A DNA stretch of 64,000 nt, taken from assembly GCA_951406725.2 (NCBI GenBank), contig OX597830.1, forward strand, positions 72,540,001 to 72,604,000, in the 5' to 3' direction. Below the pieces are notes generated by a model. That model was not told the origin of the DNA. It did no database searches and saw only the letters and a program-made list of their open reading frames with translations. This document shows positions 28,270-42,354 of this stretch, in pieces. Positions within the stretch are counted from its first letter, which is position 1, and every line of letters starts with the position of its first letter. The DNA comes from Octopus vulgaris. Its lineage: Eukaryota. A program made the position numbers and the translations under genes.

Positions 28270-28423
28270 GACGTGCTTCTTTCAGTTTCCGTCTACCAAA
28301 TCCACTCACAAGGCTTTGGATGACGCGAGGCTATAGCAGAAGACACTTGCCCAAGATGCCACGCAATGGACTGAACTCAGAACCATGTGGTTGCGAAGCA
28401 AGCATCTTACCACACAACCACAC
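28270..28423 (-). mobile_element. SINE family A, 5' half
   Basis: gcttctttcagtttccgtctaccaaatccactcacaaggc...gacacttgcccaag...cttaccacac. Confidence 0.88.
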
Positions 28424-29269
28424 TGTATGTATGTATCTCAAATTAAGGCAAGTTTGTCACGGATGGTATGCTTTTGATCATAGGCCAACTTGATCACTTC
28501 TGATCTGGTGCTAAAAAGCAATGGTAATTGCAATGAAAGGGTTAACATTTGGAACGGAATCTCCACTCAATTGAAAGAACGCGGTAGCAAATCGTAATAT
28601 CGTCCACGGTTTTAGCAATGAAATATTAATTAGAAAGGGAAATTCAAAGAATGATTCTTATTTTGTATATCTTTCTCATTATAGCCAGCACACTGCTAAT
28701 GCCATATGGACAGAGAAGTACCGCACGGCAAGACAAAGTCCAATTGACAGCGGAAATTGTAATTTTAAAGGAACGTTTGGTGACTTATTGGCTGCGTTTA
28801 AAAAGCTTTTTCCTTAGCTTGTCAAAAAATGTAAACCATGCGTTTCTATAAAGTGGAAGACTCGAAACAGAACACACCATAAAGCTTTTAAGAATCTACT
28901 AACATGGTCGTGTCTTCTATACGGAGGCATTTTCCAAAAGGAAACTGGATTGCATGAGAGAAAGAGAGAGAAGGAAATGCCTTGATGTTTATATGAAACT
29001 CAATTAGCGTTCTTTTTAAGAGTTGACATCTCTTAATTATTTGTGAAAACGAAAGTAAATTTATTAACCTCCAAGCTATTCTGGACTACATTGCCACTAA
29101 CAAAAGAAAAGCAATGTTTTCGTACTTGATATTGGGATGTTGCATGGAAGATCGGAAGAAATTCTTCCAAGGAATTCGCATGGCAGCACACCCGCCTCGT
29201 TGATTCAGTCTCACATGCACACACACGCACACGCTCGCGCGCAAACGTACACACGAGTATATATATATA

Positions 29270-29445
29270 GACGCAGGAATTTCTGTGTGGTAAGACGTTT
29301 GCTACCCAACTTTCTGACTATATGGTCCCGGGTTCAATTCCGTTGCTTAGCACCTTGAGCAGCTGTATTCCACAGTAGCTTCAAGTCGATGAAAGCCTTG
29401 TCAGTGGATCTGGTAGACGAAAACTGAAAGAGGCTGGTCGTGTAT
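29270..29445 (+). mobile_element. SINE family A, diverged 5' half
   Basis: gacgcaggaatttctgtgtggtaag...cccgggttcaattcc...tggatctggtagacgaaaactgaaag. Confidence 0.8.
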
Positions 29446-30434
29446 TTATATGTATATATGTGTATGTATATGTATTTATATATAATATATAATAAATATG
29501 TAATATATATATTATATATATGTGTGTGTGTGTGTATGTGTATGCATGTATGTACGTACGCACTTATACCTCTGTATGTGTATTTATTATTGCTGTCATA
29601 CCCATTTTAAAAGTGCGAGAAAGTGACATAATTTACTTTATTTGCGTGGGGAGACGGTATATCTGGACGCATATAAAACTCTGACTAATAACGTATCAAT
29701 ATTTGAAGAGAGTCACAAATCGCTCGTGGAACGCGAATGCAGATCTCCTGTAAACATGACAGGCCTACTACCAAAGGACAAAAGCAGTCTTTCGGATTTT
29801 CCTATCTATTTTAAAGATCTTATTGTTACCAGCAGGAATTGTATTTTGCTGACGTCTTAAGGGTTTACATTTTGGACGGACAGAGAATATCGAAGCGCAT
29901 AAAGCTATAAATATGCACACGTTATAATTTATTGCAATCTCTGTTTTGAGTTTTAAATTACTAGATCAAAAACATACATATGTTTGTGTGTGTTTGTGTG
30001 TGTGTGTGTGTGTGTTTGTGTGTATGTTTGTGTTTGTGTGTGTGTGTGTATGTGTGTGTGTGTGCTAGCGCGTATATCTTAAAGTTATCTCCCTACTCCA
30101 TTTTAGTTACGATTAAGGCTAATGACTTTTTTCTTATCTATGTGTTCCCTATTCAGAGTAGCATACTGTGAAACATTCTATCATTGCTTTTCAATTTGTT
30201 AATCAATGAATTATTTTCATTAAAAACGCGTAAGTGTTATAAAAGCGGTTTTAAGCTTTGATATGTTTTTGACTAAGATTCTCTGAAAAGGTCCAATGAA
30301 AAGAGAGACCATTATAATCGAAGTAGCAAAGTTCGTTTTCTAATGTGAACAGTCATATTTTGGGGTTTGGTCAGTGAAGAATTATCGCTTAGAACAAACT
30401 GCCCAGTCATTATCTTTTGTATTTTCACATTCAA

Positions 30435-30850
30435 AGGCGGCTGCTAGCAGAATCGTTAGCATATCGGTTAAACATTCTTAGCGGTATTTTTTCCGGCCCT
30501 TTATGTTCTGTGTTTAGAGTTTTGTATGTCGGCATGCACCAGTCCTTCTGGACAGGCCCCGGTTTTGCAAATATTAATCACAAAGTTGTTCAGACAAGTT
30601 TTTTTTTAACAGGAATTTTTATGCAGTCTATTACGGCGGCGATCTGGCAAAATCCTTAGCACGCCGGACAAAATACTTCAGAGTATTTCGTCCGTCTTTA
30701 AGTTCTGAGTCCAAATTCCATCGCTGTCAACTTTGCTTTTCATCCTTTCAGAGATGAGAAAATGTATAACAGTTAAGCACTAGCTTCAATGTAATCGAGT
30801 TAAACGCCTCCCTCGATGTTCCTGACGTTGTGCCAACGTTTGAAAACATT
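30435..30850 (+). mobile_element. SINE family B head fragment (30435-30510) and diverged copy (30633-30850)
   Basis: ggcggctgctagcagaatcgttagc; ggcggcgatctggcaaaatccttagcacgccggac...ctttcatcctttc. Confidence 0.78.
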
Positions 30851-31877
30851 CCTATGTAGTTTTGAACGTCTTTTATTGTGGAAACGGTAGTATTTAAATG
30901 TAAAGCTTTATCCTCTACTTGCTCTGTTGTTGCTGTAGTGAAGTCAGCTAGTTGACCAAGAAGATCTGCGAAGTGTTCTTTCCATTTGGCTATAAACTTG
31001 TGTTTTGCTCTTATCTTTCCCTATCTAGACATTTCCCACCATTGAAATTTAGTTCATGATCATCAAAATGAATATATGTATATGTGTGAGTGTGTGTGCA
31101 TGTGCACGCACGCGTATGTCTGTGTGCGCGCGTGTTTGTGTGTGCATGTATGTGTTGATACGAAATTCGTTTAATATATAGCCACATTTTCCTTGCTATG
31201 AGTACCTTACGCAAAATGTTAAGCATCATTTATGATTTCCTTCGAATTGTTTAAGCCTCTTCCTCTCTGCACGAAAGAGGATTATTGCTTGGAGTTCGTT
31301 TCATCTTCATTTTCCCATCCTTGGAGAGCGTTTCATAATCTTGGCTGAATGATTTCCCTGGGTTTCCATAAGCGTTTGCTGTAATGTTCGAGAAAAATTT
31401 CAGTTTTGTCATTGGAGTAAGATTGAAAGCTTGGATCTACAACGTACAGGATACATTTATTTTCTTGGTAGTTGTCCAATTTATTCCATTCTTAAAGGAT
31501 CATCACTTTTGTCAGATTTTTGTATCACTTTAACATTTTTCCATTTTTAAAAAATTTATTTCCGCGCAAGTTATTCAAATTGTTTCGGTTCTTAATATAC
31601 GATGTTTAAATGCAACTGAATAATTGCACGCTTCCCAGTCGGTGCCAATATTTCTTCATTTAACATTGAAAAGGATCTTTTCCATTTTCTGAAATGAACA
31701 CTGAAACATACCAGTTCAAATTCAGATATAAAAATTGAGTAAACGCTACTGTTGTATACAAATGCATACATACACTAACACGCACGGGCAGGAAGATTAT
31801 AGATAATTAATTATTAACGTGGAATAATTATCAGAGGAGACATTTCTATTCATTTCTTCATGTATATATATATATAT

Positions 31878-32090
31878 TTTTTTTTTTTCCAATTGTTCGG
31901 TTATTGACTGCAGCGATGCTGGAGCACCGTCTTAAAGGGTGTTAATCAAAGGAGTCGAACCCAGGACTTATTACTTGTAAGCCTAGTACCTATTCTATCG
32001 GTCTCTTATGCCGAAACGCTAAGTTATAGGGGCATAAACACACAAGCGACGGTTGTCAAGTGATGGTAGGGAGACAAACTCAGACACACG
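31878..32090 (-). mobile_element. SINE family A, 3' half
   Basis: atgctggagcaccg...cccaggacttat...tgtaagcctagtacctattctatcggtctctt is the reverse complement of the family A tail. Confidence 0.85.
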
Positions 32091-32336
32091 CAAATATATA
32101 TGTGTATATATATATAGTTATATATATATATATACATATATATATGTGTGTGTGTATAAATATATATATGTATGTATATATGTATATATATATATATATA
32201 TGTATGTAAGTATATATATATATGTGCATATATGTGTGTGTGTGTTTGTATATATATATATATATATTTATATATGTATGTATATGTATATGTATATATA
32301 TAACATATATATGAGTATATACATGCATATATATGC

Positions 32337-32387
<51 letters not shown>

Positions 32388-32935
32388 AGCTGCATCCTCG
32401 TTACACGAGAAAAGCCATTGCCAAGAAGACTTACTGAAATGATTCATGATTGATACCATGTGATGCCCTTTTATATCTTTTAAGCCCGACCAAGCTTTTA
32501 CACATTTTATTACATACTAGACAACGGTGCTAGCTGGCAGGAGAAACAGGTGTCACCATATGCACTCTCTTCCAGGCTGTGGTGTCCTGGGACACCTGCC
32601 GAGCCAGACAACAGAACAAAATGTTCCCGAGTCCTTTTTGCCATTTACTTCATTATCAATATGAACTGACATTGATTCGATGTGCCTTTTTAAGCTTCGG
32701 CCAGCAATGTACATACAAGATGTCCATATTTCTTTTTTCCTCTCCAGCAATACCTGTGCTTGACACTTTTTGAAGTGAGAAAAACTTTGCACAGCAAGCA
32801 TTCCCACTCTCTCAACTACAAAGCATGATCCCAAAAGAAGAGCAAGTCGACATCATTGGGTGCATTTGGAGTCGCAGGTTTTATATCAGAGTGTCCTTCT
32901 CCCAGTCTTTGCCCAGCCATGTGTATACATATGTA

Positions 32936-33005
<70 letters not shown>

Positions 33006-33049
33006 TACATACATATATACATATATACATACATACATATATACATATG

Positions 33050-33238
33050 ATAGATCGTTAGCTCCTACACGCATTTTTTTCACTCCTTGTTTTTTTCTGT
33101 GTATCTTTCTGTTGAAGAGCGTAGGCTCGAAACGTAAAAGACTTTTTCTATTTCTATTCCTGAGCGCTATACTAATACATTTGTTTGTTTGTACTCCACC
33201 TGCCTTCGTCTTTTGTTTATTTTCGTAAACTTTCCCTT
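33050..33238 (+). mobile_element. Penelope-like terminal fragment carrying a minimal hammerhead-like motif, between (TA)n tracts
   Basis: TCTTT-CTGTTGAA-GAG cgtagg CTC-GAAA-CG-TA-AAAGA at 33104-33141, followed by T-rich sequence. Confidence 0.6.
33104..33141 (+). ncRNA. Candidate minimal type I hammerhead ribozyme variant
   Basis: Stem I TCTTT/AAAGA, variant core CTGTTGAA (canonical CTGANGA), stem II GAG/CTC, GAAA, palindromic ACGT in place of stem III, GTA cleavage triplet. Confidence 0.5.
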
Positions 33239-33249
33239 TATATATATAT

Positions 33250-33326
<77 letters not shown>

Positions 33327-34103
33327 CATACATATATATATATATATATATATGCATGCATGGTAAATTCCTGCGTTTTTGTCTATGTGTGAGTGCTTCT
33401 GTATGCATTACAGCTGAGTATATGTCTGCGCCCATCTCTGTGGGTGGATATGTGCGTGTGTTTGTGTGTGTGTGCGCGCCCACGGTTGAGAGTTACCAAA
33501 GATGCTGACGTATCCTGGCGTCATTGAATCAATAAAACGAAAGCGTTTGGTTATAGTTCAGTTCGGTATTGTTAATTAATTAACTACCGATTGATTTGTC
33601 AAGTCATTCTCCAACCAACTCTGTCCTTTTGATATACTTCTCTTTCGTTTATTTTATTTTGCAGATGTAGAGGACGTTTTAAGCCTATGAGGTGTGTAGA
33701 AATTCCTTGCCAAAGGAATCAACATGCAATTAATTGATTAATTGATAAATAAATGATGAAGTAAAGCACTTGAGAATGACACTGTACATTTTCAATGTGG
33801 ACGGGGTTGTGTAGATGTGGGTGGGGTTATCTATATATTATAATACGTTCTGGGAGTGGCTAAAACTGTTATATCACAATTCTACACAGTGGCTGTGTGT
33901 GCCACGAAATCCTCGTCGCCACTGTTATATCGCACGTTCCGACGACCTCTCGACGTCTAGACTTCTCCCTCTATATCTAGGTATTGGGCTAGCCTACTTC
34001 ATCGTCTGGGGGCGTCCACACAACAAAACCCCTTTAAACGGGATTTTCTTGCGCGGCGTATGATTAATATATGAATTCAACTAAACAAAGAAAATAAACG
34101 AAA

Positions 34104-34265
34104 GCAGGAGTGGCTGTGTGGTAAGTAGCTTGCTAACCAACCACATGGTTCCGGGTTCAGTCCCACTGCGTGGCATCTTGGGCAAGTGTCTTCTGCTATA
34201 GCCCCGGGCCGACCAATGCCTTGTGAGTGGATTTGGTAGACGGAAGCTGAAAGAAGCCTGTCGTA

Positions 34266-34338
<73 letters not shown>

Positions 34339-34525
34339 TTGTCCCCCTAGCATGCTGGTGTGTTTACGTCCCGTCACTTAGCGGTTCGGCAAAAGAGACC
34401 GATAGAATAAGTACTGGGCTTACAAAGAATAAGTCCCGGGGTCGATTTGCTCGACTAAAGGCGGTGCTCCAGCATGGCCACTATCAAATCCCTGAAACAA
34501 GTAAAAGAGTAAAAGAGTAAAGAGT
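34104..34525 (+). mobile_element. SINE family A, near full-length
   Basis: gcaggagtggctgtgtggtaagtagcttgc...GGTTCAGTCCC...ttgggcaagtgtc, internal (TA)n(TG)n, tail gtaaaagagtaaaagagtaaagagt. Confidence 0.93.
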
Positions 34526-35648
34526 ATACATGCATAACACCCATACACACACACACATTCTCGAGGCGGTAGGGGTTTTTTTTGTCCTGCCTTTGACCAG
34601 CTCAGTCATGCATGTCTGTGCTTCTCGGTCCGTCTTTCCCCTTGTCTGCTGTCCTTTGGGAGATCTACTTTCATTTCTCCTTTGCGTCACTCAGATTGCT
34701 CTCTTTAACAGCGGTAAGGCTCCTTGTGTTGTATATGTATAATATATATTTTTTTTTTTTGCGTACGTACAGTTATTATATTATTTTAACTTGTCTTGTA
34801 TGTTTTTGTCCTTGTCTTATACGTTCGTTAGCTATTCCAAGTAGCTTTCTGCTCGTGCGCTCCCAAGTGTGAGTGCTATCAATGTAAAAAGCGCGAAACC
34901 ACTATGATCTTTTGGACATTAACTGATGAGGAATCAGCTGCGAATTTTCCGTGTACTATGATCTTGTCAAATTTTCAGTTTATGTTTTTGTTAAATTTTC
35001 TTTTTGTTGTGTTCGCTTTATTTAATAACACTGTATAACAATGGAAAAAATGGAAATGAGGATAACTCTTTCTATGTATATTGGGTATAGATCTCGAATA
35101 TATTATCCGTTTCTTTCAGTGACCTGCAATTTTTTCGTAAATTACCGTCTTACTGATAGTTCTGTAAGAATTGAGTGCAAACAGAATTGAGCCGAAATTG
35201 ATAACTCTAAAAGTTATGAACGGATTTTGATATAATTTTAATGGGGTATTCCTAAAGTATTTGGCAACCTGACCTGTGGAAATTATAAAAGTAAACTTAA
35301 TATTTTTATAGTTCTACACATCTATATATGTGGTGGCTCTTACGTAATGCTTGATAATTTTGTGACTTACTATAAATGTTCCTATTTTTACTTTTTAATT
35401 TAATATTTTTCTTGCTGTTGTTTTTTATATTGGAACAATGGAACCTGTTTGATAAAGATTCTTGAATTACAGTATTCTGGAAGCGTTCTGCGGATCAACA
35501 GCGATTCTTCACATTGAAAAACAAATTGAATTATTGTAATGATACCAGAGACGTATTCAATGTATATTATACAAACACACACATACACACACATATTTAT
35601 ATATATACAGAGACACACACACACGCATATAAATATATATATACATAG

Positions 35649-35705
<57 letters not shown>

Positions 35706-35706
<1 letters not shown>

Positions 35707-36991
35707 GAGGGGCGTTCAATAAGTAATGCCTCTGTCCCACTTGCCTTTGTTTGATCTAGCTGAAATTTTGCATGTGTACTTATTGATATCTTTATAGATG
35801 AAGTGGCAAATTACAGCTCCGAAAGAAATGTGGTTTCTGATTTACAGGTGTTTGAAATGAGTCAAGTGGGAAATGGAGCATGTTGAGTGGCGAGCAGTGA
35901 TCCGGTTTTTGTATTTGAAATGACGCACACCACAGGAGACTTTTAATGAAATGAAAGTAACTTATGGTGATGATGCCCCATCATATGACCTTGTAAAATG
36001 CTGGCATCGTGAATTCAAACATGGACGGAACTCTGTGGAAACAGCTCCCAGATCTGGTCGCACCCCTTCTGCGATTGATGAGGCATCTGTCCGTCAAGTT
36101 GAGGCTGCCATTTTGGAAGATCGACGCATAACTATTCGCCAAATAGCCCATGAGGTCAAGATTAGTACCGGGTCTGTGGAAACTATCATTCATGACCATT
36201 TGCATATGCAAAAGGTGTCTGCCAGATGGATTTCCAGGTTGCTCACACCTTTCCAGAAGCAAGAACGCAATAATTCCAGAAGCAAGAATTTAGGGATGTG
36301 GCAAGAAGATGAGTCAACATTTTTCAAAAGACTGATTACACAGGATGAGACCTGGGTCCATCACTATGATCCAAAGACCAAAGCCCAGTGAATGCAGTGG
36401 AAGCACCATGACTCACCTCCTCCAAAGAAGGCAAGGGTGCAGCCCTCCGCTGGCAAGGCCATGCTCACAGTCTTCTGGGACCAGGACGGAGTAGTGATGA
36501 CAGATTTCCTGGCAAAGGGTACCACAATTACAGGAGCCTATCATGTTTCACTTTTGAGGAAATTAAGAGAAGCTATCGAAACCAAGAGGCGGGACAAGAT
36601 CAGCAAAGGTATCCTCCTCCTGCAGGACAACGCTCCGGTCCACAACTCGCGTGTCGCCAAATCAGAAGCACAGGCGTGCGGCTATGAACTCTTCCTCCAT
36701 CCCCCTACTCTCCTTGCACCCTCTGATTTTCACCTCTTCCCAGCCATGAAGTTGTTTTTGAAAGGAAAGCGTTTCCCAGATGATGTAGCCTTGATTTCTG
36801 AAGTCACGTCGTGGTTGGAGGACCAAGCTGGGGTCTTCTACGAAAACGGTCTCCAGAACTGGGTCAAACGATGGGAGAAATGCTTACCTCTGGGTTGTTC
36901 CTATGTAGAAAAAGACTAATACCTGTGCCAAGTTTCGTTGCTCTACTGCTATGGGAAGTGGGTCAGGGGCATTACTTATTGAACGCCCCTC

Positions 36992-36992
<1 letters not shown>
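35706..36992 (+). mobile_element. Full-length (1287 bp) mariner DNA transposon, probably irritans subfamily, inserted in (TA)n
   Basis: TIR cgaggggcgttcaataagtaatgcc is perfect for 25 bp at both ends and extends to about 40 bp with 3 mismatches; TA on both flanks; internal transposase. Confidence 0.97.
35873..36919 (+). pseudogene. Mariner transposase with two in-frame TGA stops (35921, 36389)
   Basis: One frame from ATG 35873 (MEHVEWRAVIRFLYLK*RTP...). Contains the HTH region, WISRLL (WVPHEL-type motif), TQDETWVHHY, LQDNAPVH and HPPTLLAPSDFHLF (YSPDLAPSDF motif shortened by 2 aa, so D-D spacing is 32 rather than 34). Confidence 0.95.
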
Positions 36993-37051
<59 letters not shown>

Positions 37052-37064
37052 GTATATATATATG

Positions 37065-37117
<53 letters not shown>

Positions 37118-37130
37118 GTATATATATATG

Positions 37131-37190
<60 letters not shown>

Positions 37191-37192
<2 letters not shown>

Positions 37193-37240
37193 TGCAGGTG
37201 TGGCTGTGTGGTAAGAAGCATTCTTACCAACTACAGAGTT
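37191..37240 (+). mobile_element. SINE family A head fragment
   Basis: ggtgcaggtgtggctgtgtggtaagaagcattcttaccaac. Confidence 0.7.
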
Positions 37241-39766
37241 CCCAACCAAAACCTTGGAGAAAGGAAGGTTTGAACGCAGAAAAAATCAATTTATTTATAT
37301 CATATCGCCTACATTCGGTTTCAATTTCTTACCTTCATTCATATTTTGCCCATTAAAATTGCATTATGCATTTAAAAGGTAAAAATCTCTTCAGGGCAAA
37401 AATTAACATAAGTTCATTCCCATCCTAACGGATGGAGAGTTGCTTACCAACAGAAATAGCAGCATGCGCTTGTGTGTTTGTTTGTGTCAGCATCTGTGTC
37501 TTTTGGATTCCTTTCTAAAAAATAGCTTGAGATTAAACTACGACCACAGTGGACAATGGCTAGTTGTTGTTTTGAAGAACTAGGTTATGCTATCATTACA
37601 CTTAATGGAATTTCGATCGGCTTTTATAGGCAGACTACCTTTCCTTTGAAAAGAATGAAAATAAAAACACATACATTAGCAAGAATCCAAATCAATATAT
37701 TTAACTTCAACTTTTTAGTTGTGAGATTTTCAATTCTTATTAAAATTTTTATTTACTTATATGCATTAGTCTTGTTTCGTGATAATTTAGGTTATGATAT
37801 ATATCAATTAATTTCTATTTATATTTAATGAGGGTATGATTCTGTATGTATCACATGTATAGAGTTAGTTTATTAATAAACTGTGAGGTTACATTTCATT
37901 TTAATGTTGCATCCTGTTTATTTTAATTTTTATCATTCATGGAGTGTTTATTTACATATAATCTATTATCTAATAATTTATTATATATATATATATATAT
38001 ACCTATATATATATGCACACACGCATATATATTTATTTTCCCTCATGAATGTAAGAAGTTCTCTATCCTTAATTTATTTGACATAATTGTTAAATAATTT
38101 GTTATGATACTTCAACAGATAGTGAGGGCTTCAATGAGTTTTCCTTCATTTGATTAATATAGAACCAGTAGTTCTAGATATTTATTTATTCACATAGTGC
38201 CTGTTTCATTATATTTATTTGGGATTACTAGACGTATATCTATTTCAATAATGTCTATTCAATTTTATTCATTTTAATTTATTAGATATGTATTTAATAG
38301 TATGTAAACAAGAAAAACCTCTTTCTCTTTTATTTTTGCTTAATTTGTACTTGGCTGTAATGATCTGGAAAATCTCCTCAACGCATAAGTCACACCTTTT
38401 GCTTCCAGTGTCATAAACTTTTCCCTGCTAATTACTTCCCATTTCAGTGTATATTTTGTTCTTAATTTCCCAAATTAATCTACTTAAAATATTGCTATCT
38501 TCATTCTTCTTATGTCTAAAAGTGCTTTCATGGTTGGCTATCCTGCTTTTTATATAATTTCCTGTGGAGCTTCTACTATAGTAATCCTGATCACCAGACA
38601 TTACTTTACACCCATATATTATACATTTTTCTCTACAAAAATTTCTTAATGGACATCTATTTTAATTTTTTTAAATATAATCATAGATAGGTCTTATTCG
38701 CAGGACCTTTCTCTGCTTCCTTATTACAAATTCTATGCTTAGTTTTCACGTTTTCAGGGTTATTTTATTTATGTTTATATCTCATGTATATTTCTTCTCA
38801 ACTAATGTCTTATCCTATTCCATTTTCATATTCATCTTAATATTTATATTCTAACTTATTTTATGTTCGTTGTTGTTACTATAAGTATCAGCATATATAT
38901 TTAAATTATTTACATTAACGGTTTTGTTATCATTATTGTGATTACTACATTTATTTATTTTCGTCGTTGTACGCTGTAAGTTTATATGTTTCGACCTTAG
39001 TGGGGAGAATTAAGGGTTACCTCCCTTTCTTCATTGGTTGTTATTTCCTACCATCGTTATGATCTTCGACATTTTGTTCGTTAAGTAAACCATTTGCATT
39101 TTTCTTACTCTTGTTATTATAAAAATCATTTGATTTTTTTTTGTATTTAATGCAGATAAAATTTGTGCAATGTTTTTCTAAACTCAGAAACCCGCCCTTA
39201 ATTTGTGCGAGTTTATTATTTTGCAATATTTGTTTTCTTTTGACAAGTATTTACATACCGCTTTGTAAAATAGTTTCACTATATCTGTTCTAATTTGTTT
39301 TGTAAATGAATGATATTATGAACCATGCTACATTATTTTCATAGTAATTCTTTTTAGAGTGAATTTCCTGGAGGTTAATTACTTTCACACAAGGGGTGTA
39401 GTGTTTTACAGAATTGTTATGCATATTAGAGTTAATGTTCTCAATTACAGCCTGTTTTTTTTATTATTGCTTGTCCTATTTGGGTTTTTATTTAAGTAGT
39501 CGCAATTAGTGTTTGGTTTTAGGCTTTCTATTCCAAAAGAGAATTATTATACGTTCTCTCCAAAGTTTATGAGTCCTTACTACGTGCAATGTGTACATAT
39601 GTGTGTGTGTGCGTGCGTGCGTGTGTGTGTGTGTGTGTGTATGTTTATGTGTGTGTTTGTGTGTGTAAAGATAAGATCTAAGGTTCAAGGTGAAAGTAGT
39701 TAATGAGATTTAAGCAGTCACTAGAAGCAATTAGGAACAATAGTGGGTTCTTAACACAGAATGCTG

Positions 39767-39821
<55 letters not shown>

Positions 39822-39823
<2 letters not shown>

Positions 39824-40302
39824 TACATGGAAAAATGCGAGGATGAAAAGTCATATTCTTAAGATTATAAACCTGGAAAAGTACAAGACAAGTTATTACA
39901 CCTGTAACAGTGTAGGACAAGCTACTACTTCTAGTAAAGTAAAGAATAAACTTTTTACTTAAAATATTGCAGCAAAGAATGCCAGTTCTTCTAATTTATC
40001 ACTCTTTACAGTTCTCATATTTTAGATTTTTTGTACGAAACTGCTCGGTTAATTTGTAAGTTTGTTTAATTAGTCACTATTTTTCTGCATTTGAGGTAGT
40101 AAATTAGCCAGATTCTACTTAAATAGATATAATGTGATTTTGTAAATTATAACAAAATAAGTTTTAATATTCGCATTTTAATTTTAGCAGCAATATTTTA
40201 AGTAAAAATTTCTTATTCTTTACTTTACTAGAAGTGATAGATTGTCCTATACTGTTACAGTTGTAATAACTTGTCCTGTACTTTACCATTTTTCCATGTA
40301 AT
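39822..40302. mobile_element. Foldback/MITE-like element with about 115-bp inverted arms
   Basis: 39822-39973 (attacatggaaaaatg..aagtacaagacaagttattacacctgtaacagtgtaggacaa..cttctagtaaagtaaagaataa..tttttacttaaaatattgcagc) matches the reverse complement of 40187-40302, apart from about 40 extra bp in the left arm. Confidence 0.8.
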
Positions 40303-40849
40303 CCGTGATTTTTCCAGGCATTGATGTTACAAGATAATTCATAGTGTGTCAATTAATAATTTATGATTTTACACAATAAAATTTTGAAAGATTATATTTC
40401 AATTTTTTCATGTAAGTGATGATAATATTTCAATGTTTTTCGTGCTTAATTTAAATATATGTAGTGATTGAATTATTTGATATTACCTATCCACACCAAA
40501 TTAATGGTAGGGATTTTTACTATGTTGTTGGTTGCACCTTGGCTCACCAAAACTTACAAACAAGACCCCAAAACCGTCAGTTACCATGCTCACCTTACGT
40601 ACCCTAATTTTGCGATATTAGGAGGCCACAGGAATTCATTCAACGAAAAAAAAATGTCCAATGATTCCGGGATTGGGGGGAGCACCCACTTCAATATTCC
40701 GAAGCAAAATAAGGGATTTGCTGCATATTAGGAGGTCAGGGTACTTGATTCCACACAAAAAATCTACGGTTCATATTTCTAGCAAAGACGGTGCTCACTG
40801 CACCCATGTTACTCTTAATGACGGTGAATTATATACATACACACACACG

Positions 40850-40880
<31 letters not shown>

Positions 40881-40946
40881 ATATTTCGGAATGGTCATAT
40901 TGCCAGTTTAGCCAATAATTTGTATATTTGTATATATTTGTGTGTA

Positions 40947-41066
<120 letters not shown>

Positions 41067-41112
41067 TATGTATATATATATATATACACTTATACATACG
41101 TACGTAAATGCA

Positions 41113-41181
<69 letters not shown>

Positions 41182-41873
41182 CATATATATTTGTGTGTGT
41201 GTAGAGAGAGAGAGAGAGGGAGACAGGTAGGAGAATGAAGGCGTGTTCTTAGAGTTTAATCTCACAAAGATTTGATGACTTTTCAACAGAAAACGGACAT
41301 CTTCCAGCGATGAATAAATTATCTAAGAGTTATAAATATGATGCATCGAGTACTTAGTTAAGAGAATTCCTCTTTGTATGCGTGTTTTTAATTTCTGCAG
41401 AATGACCACATTTTGTATATATATGAATCTGAGTGTTGTGCGCATGCGTGCGTGCTTGTGTGTGTGTGCGTGTGTATGTGTGTGTGTGTGTGTGTGTGTG
41501 TTTACATGGGTGGATATGTATTTGCTTCTTTGTGCATGTTAGTGTGATCAAACACAGATATATACACGTGCATGCGCGAACGTTTCTCCCATCATTAGAT
41601 AAAATGTATATACCGGAAACTACTAAAATAAACATTTCCGGTTAGGGATAAAATATGGCATATATTCTGTTGGGCCCAATTTATACACGGCTAATTACAA
41701 TAATTTACACATGCCGTTTGGTGAATATTTATATTTCACCTATGCCCATTTATTTCTGTTTCTGTGCGAACTAATGAACGTTTGAATAATTTAAGTAAAT
41801 TCATTATGGTGGTGAGTTTGAATCATTATGGTCGTTCAGTGCATTAGTTTGATAAAGATTTTAACATTATCTT

Positions 41874-41926
<53 letters not shown>

Positions 41927-42354
41927 ATGAGCTTGTGTGTATGTGTTTGTGTGTGCGTTTGTATGTATGTGAGCGTATATGAATGTGCACGCTGGTTTGT
42001 TTGATTTTTAATCAGATAGGCGACTCTAGTTAGGAGCAGATCAAAGGTAATTTTAATAGTTTAGCAAGGAAACGGAAGGTATACTCAATATGTTCAATAA
42101 TGATAATCAGTGAAGCATTAAGCTTTAAAAGTGTAGGTTACTATAATATTCTTTTTCGAACCAATGACTGAGCATCTATGTGATCGCTTGACATGCTAAA
42201 AAAACAGTGGAAGTTTCTATCAAATTTCAGCCCACTGTCTAAATCAGGCATGCGCAAACGTACGTGGGTCACATGAGACTTGGCTCATCATCAGGCAAGC
42301 AGCAATATTAAAGCTGTTCATGATAACTTTTTATAAACAGTGTCAATCATAAAG

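Noticed and set aside
32385-32922. Complex GC-richer segment between (TA)n tracts
   Set aside because: Probably a repeat fragment, but no motif, TIR or second copy was recognised.
34865-34965. CTGATGAG and GCGAAAC words suggesting a hammerhead
   Set aside because: Could not assemble consistent stems I-III around either core.
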